From: a bacterium
GTDB lineage: Bacteria; Cyanobacteriota; Vampirovibrionia; Gastranaerophilales; JBAXKC01
Assembly: GCA_037137535.1 (NCBI GenBank)
Contig: JBAXKC010000006.1
Location: 1 to 64,000, forward strand
Direction of reading: 5' to 3'
Length of the DNA: 64,000 nt
Numbering within the stretch: position 1 is the stretch's first letter; the number at the start of each line of letters is the position of its first letter. Positions 29,085-36,573 of the stretch are shown piece by piece. A model generated the notes under the pieces. The model made no database searches, was not told where the DNA came from, and saw only the letters and a list, made by a program, of their open reading frames with translations. Made by a program: the position numbers and the translations under genes.

Positions 29085-30561
29085 AATAAAAACGAAATAT
29101 AATTGGGTAAAAGTTTCTGAAATGTATGACGAAACTCCTAATCTTAACTCCAATTATGCTAAAAATTGCACACATAAAGGCTATGAGGGTTTGTGGTGTA
29201 AACTAATTAAAGCAGTAACCTCTTATGGAATGACCAACGACTGCGTAGCGGTAATCCATGGGCCTACTAACTGTGCCTGGGCTGTTAGGAATTTCTGTTC
29301 TACCAATTATAGCCTATATTACGGTAATTCTTTCTTGCATATGCCTACAACTGCTTTGAATAACAGTTCAATAGTAAATGGCGCTGAAAAAGAACTTATA
29401 GACACTCTAATTGAGGTGGATAAAACTTATAAACCTCAACACATAGCAGTTTTTGATACTTGTTCTACCTCTTTAATAGGCGATAATATTCAAAATTGTA
29501 TTAACGAAGCTCAATTAAAATGTGCGGCTAAAATTAATTTTATTGAGGGAGCAGGGTTTTCTTCACCTCCATTAGGGCAATCTATTCAGGAAACTGCTGT
29601 AAAATACGGTGAAATCATGGAAAAACCTGTGCACATAATTCCTAAATCCGTTAATATTCTTGGACAATACAAAGAGGGGCATTGCAATAAAAAAAAGAAA
29701 AAAAGGGGTAAATATCCCGATGATGCTCAAGAGTTAGTGAGATATATCGAGGCATTAGGGCTTAATATTCATAGAGTTCTGATATCAGGCGATTATGAAT
29801 ATATTAAAACAGCACCAGAGGCTTTAGTAAATGTGATAAGTTGCCCAACATGGGGACTACCACTTGCTAAGACAATGAAAGACATGTTTGATACTCCTTA
29901 TTTGCCGCATTCTGTTCCGACAGGCATTGAGTCAACTTGCAGGTGGATAAGGGATTTGGCCTATTTTACGGATACGGTTGATGAAGCTGAAATTCTTATA
30001 AATAAAGAATTAGAGCTACTTAATTTGATTTTTGAAAAAGCAAAAACTCTTGTAAATGGAAAAACAGCCCTCATTGAATGTGGAAGAAATTCTATGACAG
30101 CCTTTGCAAGGCCGATGGCATTGGCAAGATTTCTTCAAGAGCTTGGAATGAAGCCGTATTTGTTCGGATTGCATCCGTTTGAGCTTAAAGCTAAAGGCAT
30201 TGACCTTGATTATTTCTTGTGGGATGGCTTTAATCCTATGATTTTAAGCGATCCGTATCATTATCAAAATCCCACTAATATTGCTAATGTGATAAAAGAT
30301 CTTGAATTAAAAGAAGAAGATTATGTCTATTTTTCACAAGATGTTTTTCCTATGGCAAAATCGGGAGAGTTTGACCCGTCCTCAAATGCTAAGGTTGAAG
30401 TAAGTGTTCATTTAAGAAGAGTTTTTAATTCGCCCGGTAGAGGTGTCGGTTTTAAGGGAGCTGAAGCACTTTGTCAGAATATTATAGAGTCGGTTTTAAT
30501 GGCATCAAGAAAAACAAAACCAACTCTTTATGGTAGAGTTCACGGTGAATTTTATGATTAA
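29074..30561 (+). CDS. Nitrogenase component 1-like protein, alpha (NifD/NifE/BchY-like)
   Basis: LWC..., IHGPTNC, DTCSTSLIGD, SVNILG, ISCP, PTGIESTCRWIR, GFKGA. Confidence 0.88.
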   Translation: MSDKIKTKYNWVKVSEMYDETPNLNSNYAKNCTHKGYEGLWCKLIKAVTSYGMTNDCVAVIHGPTNCAWAVRNFCSTNYSLYYGNSFLHMPTTALNNSSIVNGAEKELIDTLIEVDKTYKPQHIAVFDTCSTSLIGDNIQNCINEAQLKCAAKINFIEGAGFSSPPLGQSIQETAVKYGEIMEKPVHIIPKSVNILGQYKEGHCNKKKKKRGKYPDDAQELVRYIEALGLNIHRVLISGDYEYIKTAPEALVNVISCPTWGLPLAKTMKDMFDTPYLPHSVPTGIESTCRWIRDLAYFTDTVDEAEILINKELELLNLIFEKAKTLVNGKTALIECGRNSMTAFARPMALARFLQELGMKPYLFGLHPFELKAKGIDLDYFLWDGFNPMILSDPYHYQNPTNIANVIKDLELKEEDYVYFSQDVFPMAKSGEFDPSSNAKVEVSVHLRRVFNSPGRGVGFKGAEALCQNIIESVLMASRKTKPTLYGRVHGEFYD

Positions 30562-31954
30562 GAATAATTTTAAAGACTTAATGCAACCCGGAAGTTTTAT
30601 AGGAGCAACTTTAACTGCTTCGGGTATTAAAAACGCCATTATAATTTTTCATGGGATTGCAGGCTGTAATATCGAGGCAATACATTTCAGATCAGACCAG
30701 ATTCCGGGTGGGCATTATGTTCCTATAATACCGACAGGTTTAAACCAGACAGATTGCCTTTATGGGGGCTATGAAAAACTTATTACCACTTTGAGGGATA
30801 CTTTAAATTCTTCTATAAAACGAGGGCGACCACCAGAAGTTGTATTTATTTTTACAAGCGATGCTACTTCGATAATAGGTGATGATATAGAACGAGCCGC
30901 TAATGTTATAGAAGCTGAAACAAGTATTAAAACTATAGCAATTGATTGTCCCGGATTTGCAGGCGGAACAGCTCATGGTTGCGATATTACGGCTGAGGCT
31001 ATTTTTGAAAAATTCTTATACGAAAATAATTCTGAATTAAAGGATAAAAATGGAATTAACATAGTTTTCCCATATTTAATGGGTTCAAAAAACTGGGTTA
31101 ATGACCATGATGAAATTGTAAGACTTCTTGAAGCCTGTGATGTTAAAGTAAATACAGTTTTATCAAGAAATTTAAAGATAAAAGAATTAGACAAATTTTT
31201 TAATTCTAAAGCAAATTACAATCCTTCCTCAGAGAATATCCCTTCTCTGGAAAAATATTCAGAAACTTATGACATAAAAACCATTAATAACAGCATACCT
31301 TTGCCTATTGGTATAGCAAATACCGAAGAATGGCTTGTATATATGGCAAAAAATTATGGAAATTTCGAAAAAGCTAAAGAAATTTTAAAGCAGGATGCAG
31401 ATTTTATAAATTCTCAACTTAGATATAACTATAATTTCAGCTGGATAAGCACGTTAATGCATGGAAAATATTGTTCAATTTTAGCTCATGCTAATTTTGC
31501 GGCATCACTAGCCAGATGTTTATATTGGGATTTTGGGATAATTACTAAAGTTATCGGTATTGTTGCAGAAACTCAACAGGCAATAGATAATGCTTTAGAG
31601 CTTTTAGAGCCACTTAAAGAGTTTTTTGATATGGAAATCCTTATTAATCCGACTTATCATGAATATGGTCAAATGATGACTTCTAAAAACGTTGATTTTT
31701 CTATTGGGGCAATTCAAGATAAACCTTTATCTTTGGGATTAAAAGTGCCTCATTTATCTCTTGGTGGATATTACTTTTATAATCAATATAATTTTATTCC
31801 TTATCCAAATATGGGAATAAGAGGAGTATTAGGAATTATTACAGAACTATCAAGAGTTTTAGAAGATGCTTTTTATTTAAAAGATATGTTGTCTGAATAT
31901 TCATACAAGGGCAGGGAGGAAAATATTGAAAGCAGCTGTTCTACACCAAAATAA
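30554..31954 (+). CDS. Nitrogenase component 1-like protein, beta (NifK/NifN/BchZ-like)
   Basis: FIGA, FHGIAGC, YGGYEKL, TSDATSIIGDDI, CPGFAG, PIGIANTEEWL, PNMGIRG; start at ATG 30554 overlapping the upstream stop (track 30530). Confidence 0.87.
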   Translation: MIKNNFKDLMQPGSFIGATLTASGIKNAIIIFHGIAGCNIEAIHFRSDQIPGGHYVPIIPTGLNQTDCLYGGYEKLITTLRDTLNSSIKRGRPPEVVFIFTSDATSIIGDDIERAANVIEAETSIKTIAIDCPGFAGGTAHGCDITAEAIFEKFLYENNSELKDKNGINIVFPYLMGSKNWVNDHDEIVRLLEACDVKVNTVLSRNLKIKELDKFFNSKANYNPSSENIPSLEKYSETYDIKTINNSIPLPIGIANTEEWLVYMAKNYGNFEKAKEILKQDADFINSQLRYNYNFSWISTLMHGKYCSILAHANFAASLARCLYWDFGIITKVIGIVAETQQAIDNALELLEPLKEFFDMEILINPTYHEYGQMMTSKNVDFSIGAIQDKPLSLGLKVPHLSLGGYYFYNQYNFIPYPNMGIRGVLGIITELSRVLEDAFYLKDMLSEYSYKGREENIESSCSTPK

Positions 31955-32948
31955 TAATTTTTTAACGATAGAAGAAGTCGAGCTTCCTCTAATTAATGAT
32001 GATGAAATTCTTGTAAAAGTAATCGCATGTGGTGTTTGCCATACAGATTTGCACTATATAGATCATGGAGTGGATACTTTTCAATCAAAGCCTGTTATTT
32101 TAGGGCATGAAATATCTGGAATAGTTGAAGATAGTAAATCAGAGTATTTTGAAATTGGTGATAAAGTCTTATTACCTGCTGTTTACACCTGTGGAGAATG
32201 TTCATTCTGCTTGAAAGGAAGAGAAAACCTATGTAAAAACTTTACTATGCTTGGTAATTCTATCAATGGAGGCTTTGCCGAATATATTAAAGTAAAAGCA
32301 AAAGATTCTATAAAACTTCCTGATTCTATGCTTTTAGAGGAAAGTTGCATCATTGCAGATGCTGTTTCAACCCCATATTATGCAGTTGTACACAGAGCTA
32401 AAGTTGCAAAATATGAAAATGTTTTAATAGTAGGTTGTGGTGGTGTTGGAATAAATGCTGTTCAAATTGCTTCAATGCTTGGGGCAAATGTAATAGCGTG
32501 TGATATTAATGATAATAAGCTGAAAATTGCCAAAGAATTAGGTGCAAAACATACAGTGAACTTGGCAAAAGATGATTTAAAAACGTTCTTAAAAGATAAT
32601 AAAATTACTATAAATAAAGCGTTTGAAATAATCGGGCAGCCCAAAACGATTGAGCTGGCTTATAAAATGTTAGGAGTTGGCGGAAAACTTTGTATAATTG
32701 GCTATACTAATCAAAATATCAATATAAATCCTGCTAAAATTATGTTCTATGAGCAAGAAATAATTGGCTCATGCGGATGTCCTCCACGAATATATCCTGA
32801 AATTATTGAATTGGTTGAAAAAGGTAAATTAAATCTATCAAAAGTGATAAATAATAAATACTCTCTGGATGCTGTTAATAAAGCTTTTGACGAGCTAAGA
32901 AGCGGAAAGATTCTGCGTAATATCATCTTGCCTAATAGTAAAATATAG
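31926..32948 (+). CDS. Zn-dependent medium-chain dehydrogenase, Had/BamQ-like
   Basis: CGVCHTD, LGHEISG, CGECSFC..C, ADAVSTPY, GCGGVG, GSCGCPPRIYP; TTG start with AGGGAGGA RBS. Confidence 0.9.
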   Translation: MKAAVLHQNNNFLTIEEVELPLINDDEILVKVIACGVCHTDLHYIDHGVDTFQSKPVILGHEISGIVEDSKSEYFEIGDKVLLPAVYTCGECSFCLKGRENLCKNFTMLGNSINGGFAEYIKVKAKDSIKLPDSMLLEESCIIADAVSTPYYAVVHRAKVAKYENVLIVGCGGVGINAVQIASMLGANVIACDINDNKLKIAKELGAKHTVNLAKDDLKTFLKDNKITINKAFEIIGQPKTIELAYKMLGVGGKLCIIGYTNQNININPAKIMFYEQEIIGSCGCPPRIYPEIIELVEKGKLNLSKVINNKYSLDAVNKAFDELRSGKILRNIILPNSKI

Positions 32949-33067
32949 TCTTTAGCCAGAAATATATTACTCTATCTGATAAGCTACTGGCTAATTTGAA
33001 ATTTAAGATATATCTGAAAAAATATTGTTGGCTCAAACTATGAGCATTAAATATTTTAGAGGGTGAA

Positions 33068-33787
33068 ATGGTAGAAGTATTAGATAAATCGATTGCAAGC
33101 ATGTTAATTAATTCAGAAATTCAAATTATAGATTGTCGGATTGAATTTATTACTTATCTAAAACAAATTTTTATAAAAAACTTAGCTAGGGCTGTTGATT
33201 GGAATAAAATTTTTGATTTTAGTCTTAATTTTCTCTTGAAAATGAACTTAATTTCTATAAAAGTTAAAAATATAGAAAATTTAAGTTTTGCTCAGGCTAA
33301 ATATCCGGATATTTATTATTGCCTACAAGGAAGAACTTTAGATTTAATAATAAGTTATATTTTATCAAAACATGTTATTTGCTCTCAGATGATGTTGAAT
33401 TTTGATAGTAAAAAAGAACTTAATGAAGCAAATAATTTATATTCTTGCATAGAATTTCTTAGAAGAAATAAAGGTTCTGTATGGGTTGGTATTGATAAAA
33501 AACCTACTGATAAAATAGCAGAAGCTTATTCTTATGGTGATAATATGTCGTATATTTGCTCAAATCTAAGCGGAATAAATATATTACCGATTTCTCATAA
33601 ATTTAAAATAAGTAAAAAAATTGAGATATATTTTGAAGTTGGTAAACCAATAATATTAGGCTCAAATGATTTCAATGAAGAAGAACTGTCTGCTATATTT
33701 GAACAAGAAATTAAATCATTAGCCAATCAACAAAAAGAACAAATTATTAATAATGATTTTAGCGGTTATGATTATTCTTTAATATAA
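33068..33787 (+). CDS. Hypothetical protein, possibly degenerate PlsC-like acyltransferase fold
   Basis: VKNIENL, GINILPIS and IYFEVGKPI recall LPLAT structural segments; HxxxxD and FPEGTR are absent. Confidence 0.55.
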   Translation: MVEVLDKSIASMLINSEIQIIDCRIEFITYLKQIFIKNLARAVDWNKIFDFSLNFLLKMNLISIKVKNIENLSFAQAKYPDIYYCLQGRTLDLIISYILSKHVICSQMMLNFDSKKELNEANNLYSCIEFLRRNKGSVWVGIDKKPTDKIAEAYSYGDNMSYICSNLSGINILPISHKFKISKKIEIYFEVGKPIILGSNDFNEEELSAIFEQEIKSLANQQKEQIINNDFSGYDYSLI

Positions 33788-33796
33788 TTTCTTCAT

Positions 33797-33841
33797 AAAA
33801 AAGAGTTTTGCCATTTTCTTTTATGCAAAACTCTTTTTTTT
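33797..33841. terminator. Bidirectional terminator
   Basis: AAAAAAGAGTTTTGC/GCAAAACTCTTTTTT. Confidence 0.85.
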
Positions 33842-33861
33842 ATAAAATTAAATATGTTTAT

Positions 33862-34395
33862 TTAATAATCTGAATTAGAAACGTAATCTTCTTCATCTTT
33901 AAGACTGGATAAATCATCTTGATAGATTGCTTCAAATCCGTCAGGTAACATATCTTCATCTGGCCAAACAGTTGTATCATCAAAAATACATTCAGTTAAA
34001 TTTTGAGTGGTACTTAGATCACTACTTGAAATGTCTGCACTTGAAAGGTCAGCACCGCTGAAGTCAGCTTCTTCAAATTCACATTTTTGAAGAATTGTGC
34101 TCATAAATTTAATTCCGTTAAGAATTGAATTAGTAAAATCACAATTTTTCATTGTAGTACCGGTTAAATCTATAGAGGTTAAATCACTGCCGATAAATTT
34201 TACATTTTTAACATACATATCTGTAAAATCCGAACCAGTTAAATCGCAGTTGCTTAAATCAGCATCTTTCAACTCACATCCTCTAAAATCAAGTTCTGTA
34301 AGGTCTAACAAATCAGATACATCGTTAGGTCTTACTTTGTTGAACTCATCAATTGAGCCATTTCTTAAGAGTTGAAATAAATCATCTTTCTTCAT
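33862..34395 (-). CDS. Pentapeptide repeat protein
   Basis: ADLSN CDLTG SDFTD ... ADFSG ADLSS ADISS SDLST. Confidence 0.92.
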   Translation of the reverse strand: MKKDDLFQLLRNGSIDEFNKVRPNDVSDLLDLTELDFRGCELKDADLSNCDLTGSDFTDMYVKNVKFIGSDLTSIDLTGTTMKNCDFTNSILNGIKFMSTILQKCEFEEADFSGADLSSADISSSDLSTTQNLTECIFDDTTVWPDEDMLPDGFEAIYQDDLSSLKDEEDYVSNSDY

Positions 34396-34405
34396 AAAAA
34401 ACCTC

Positions 34406-35038
34406 TTAAATTAAAATATTCATTTGCATCGCTAGGAGTACAGCCTGTGTTCTATTTGAAACGTTTAATTTTTTGAAAATGCTGTTCAGGTGAGTTTTGA
34501 CAGTCACCTCTCTTACAAAGAGTTTATCAGCTATGTCTTGATTGTTTGCACCCTGAGCAACCATTTTTAAAACTTCTTTTTCTCTTGTTGTAAGCGGTGC
34601 AATTGGCTCATTTGTAGTGAATGGAAGGTTTAACGCTTTTGATTGTGTTTGTTTACTGTTCCAGTTTGATCTTCTTAAAAGAGCTTCTACTCTAGCCAAT
34701 AGATTTGGTAACGCAAACGGTTTGACTATATAGTCATCAGCTCCAAATTTCAAGCCTGAAATTTGTTTTTGTTCACTATCTATTGCCGTAAGCATAATGA
34801 TAGGAATATCTTCAATTTCTTTAGTATTTCTTATTGCCTTTAATGTTTCCCAGCCGTCCATATTTGGCATCATAACATCAAGAATTATCATATCAATACT
34901 ATTATTTGGTGCTGATATGATTTTTAGTGCCTGCAATCCATCAGTAGCAACTACAATTTCGTAACCGTACATCGGAAGCACATCGCTTAGGTATTTTGGA
35001 TTATCATCTACAATTAAAATTTTAGCTATGGAAGACAT
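34406..35038 (-). CDS. Response regulator with LuxR-type HTH
   Basis: IVDD, LDVMMP, GADDYIVKPF receiver; LTTREKEVL...TVKTHLNSIFKKL. Confidence 0.92.
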   Translation of the reverse strand: MSSIAKILIVDDNPKYLSDVLPMYGYEIVVATDGLQALKIISAPNNSIDMIILDVMMPNMDGWETLKAIRNTKEIEDIPIIMLTAIDSEQKQISGLKFGADDYIVKPFALPNLLARVEALLRRSNWNSKQTQSKALNLPFTTNEPIAPLTTREKEVLKMVAQGANNQDIADKLFVREVTVKTHLNSIFKKLNVSNRTQAVLLAMQMNILI

Positions 35039-35104
35039 TTAATACTATCCTAATGTTATATAAAACTACGCTACCAAATATTATAGCAGGATTTGAATAA
35101 ATTG

Positions 35105-35806
35105 TTAAACTATACCATCTTTTAATGCTTTTATTGCAGCTTGAGTCCTGTCATCAACAGATAGCTTTTGAAGTATATTACAAACATGAGCTTTTGCGGT
35201 ATGTATACTTACAAAAAGTTTTTCTGCTATCTCTGCATTACTAAAGCCATCAACAATAAGTTTAAGAACTTCTAATTCTCTTTCTGTCAACTGGATTTTT
35301 TCAGAAGGTTCTTCATCTAAAGCATTTTCAGTTGTTTTATTTCCTCCTATTTCCACCGATGTTAAACACTTACCACTTTTTATTGATTTTAAAACTACAT
35401 CTGCAATAGCAGGATCTAACCATGCTGCACCATCATAAACTGATTCTATTACATGAAGAAGTCTGTCAGGTTCTATATCTTTCAGGCAATATGCATTAGC
35501 ACCTGCTGTCAATGCTGTCCATACTTCGCTTTCATTGTTGTGAGAGGTAAGAATAATGACTTTTGTTTTAGTGTCATTATTCTTAATTTCTTTTGTCGCC
35601 TGAATACCGTTTATTCCCGGTAAGCCAAGATCCATAAGGATAATATCAGGTTTTATTTCTTTAGCTAATTGAACACCTGTTTCACCATCTTCAGCTTCAT
35701 AAATATTTGTAATATTGCCTAATGATTCTAGTGCAGTTTTAAGCCCAAACCTTGTTAGGGTATGGTCTTCTATGATTAATACGCGTATGTTTTTAATTTT
35801 ATTCAA
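35105..35806 (-). CDS. NarL/FixJ-family response regulator
   Basis: IEDHTLTR, MDLGLP, GANAYCLKD, LTERELEVL...TAKAHV; paralogue of 4981-5646. Confidence 0.92.
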   Translation of the reverse strand: MNKIKNIRVLIIEDHTLTRFGLKTALESLGNITNIYEAEDGETGVQLAKEIKPDIILMDLGLPGINGIQATKEIKNNDTKTKVIILTSHNNESEVWTALTAGANAYCLKDIEPDRLLHVIESVYDGAAWLDPAIADVVLKSIKSGKCLTSVEIGGNKTTENALDEEPSEKIQLTERELEVLKLIVDGFSNAEIAEKLFVSIHTAKAHVCNILQKLSVDDRTQAAIKALKDGIV

Positions 35807-36070
35807 TCTGTCATCCTATGTACATAAAATAATACCTGATCTGTCTATTTTATTTTAATTGATTTATGGCAATCTATCAATTGTAAATGTGTTTTAAATT
35901 TACATTTTTACAGATAAATAATAAGTTTGCAGATTATTTATGAGGCTATAGTCTACAAGTTGTAGTGCTTAAATATAAATTTATAAAGCTATCCATTTTT
36001 TATAATTTTCAGTTTTATTTTAATTTAATTTGAAAGATTGTTTTTTTATTGAAAATAAACGTAATTTTGC

Positions 36071-36095
36071 TGTGATTTTTATTAAAAAAATCACA
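36071..36095. promoter_or_regulatory. 10-bp inverted repeat, candidate operator
   Basis: TGTGATTTTT-ATTAA-AAAAATCACA in a 550-bp divergent intergenic region. Confidence 0.35.
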
Positions 36096-36360
36096 TATAG
36101 CCAATTGTGGAATGTTCTTTCAAAATTTTACGATTAATATAATTACTGAAATTCATAATCATTTAGAATAAATATAGTCGCTATAAAATATTTGGCAGTA
36201 ATTAATATTAAATTAATAAATATTTACAAAAAAAATAACTTTTTAACTATTCATTTTTTTTATATTTGGTTTTTATGCACATGGATATTTTGAATGAGTT
36301 AGAAAAACACACAAAGTTACTTTGTACTAGTCTATGTTACAAAGAGAAGGAGACCTTTAA

Positions 36361-36516
36361 ATGATCACATTGAAAAAAAGAGAAACTGAAAGAGAAACAT
36401 TACGTAATTCAGACGAATTTGAAAAGTATTTAAAGGAACAACGTTCAAAGACAACCTGCAATGGTATGGAATTGGCTCCATTCAGCTGGTACATGAAGGC
36501 ATTAGGCTTATCATAA
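36361..36516 (+). CDS. Unannotated small protein (51 aa)
   Basis: AAGGAGA RBS; MITLKKRETERETLRNSDEFEKYLKEQRSKTTCNGMELAPFSWYMKALGLS; terminator directly after. Confidence 0.75.
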   Translation: MITLKKRETERETLRNSDEFEKYLKEQRSKTTCNGMELAPFSWYMKALGLS

Positions 36517-36531
36517 CTTCTAAATAAAATT

Positions 36532-36572
36532 AAAAAAAATGACTCTGTTTTTAATACAGAGTCATTTTTTTT
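36532..36572. terminator. Bidirectional terminator
   Basis: AAAAAAAATGACTCTGT/ACAGAGTCATTTTTTTT. Confidence 0.88.
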
Positions 36573-36573
36573 G

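Noticed and set aside
28239-31954. Bona fide Mo-nitrogenase nifHDK (nitrogen fixation)
   Set aside because: The K-like chain lacks two of three P-cluster Cys, NifD substrate-pocket motifs are not recognisable, and no cofactor-assembly genes are in the window.
28239-31954. DPOR/COR chlorophyll biosynthesis genes (chlLNB/bchXYZ)
   Set aside because: The H subunit is NifH-style (GGPEPG.GCAGRG, TSGEYMSLYAANNI), the K-like chain has no obvious PCP_red tail, and there are no pigment genes nearby.
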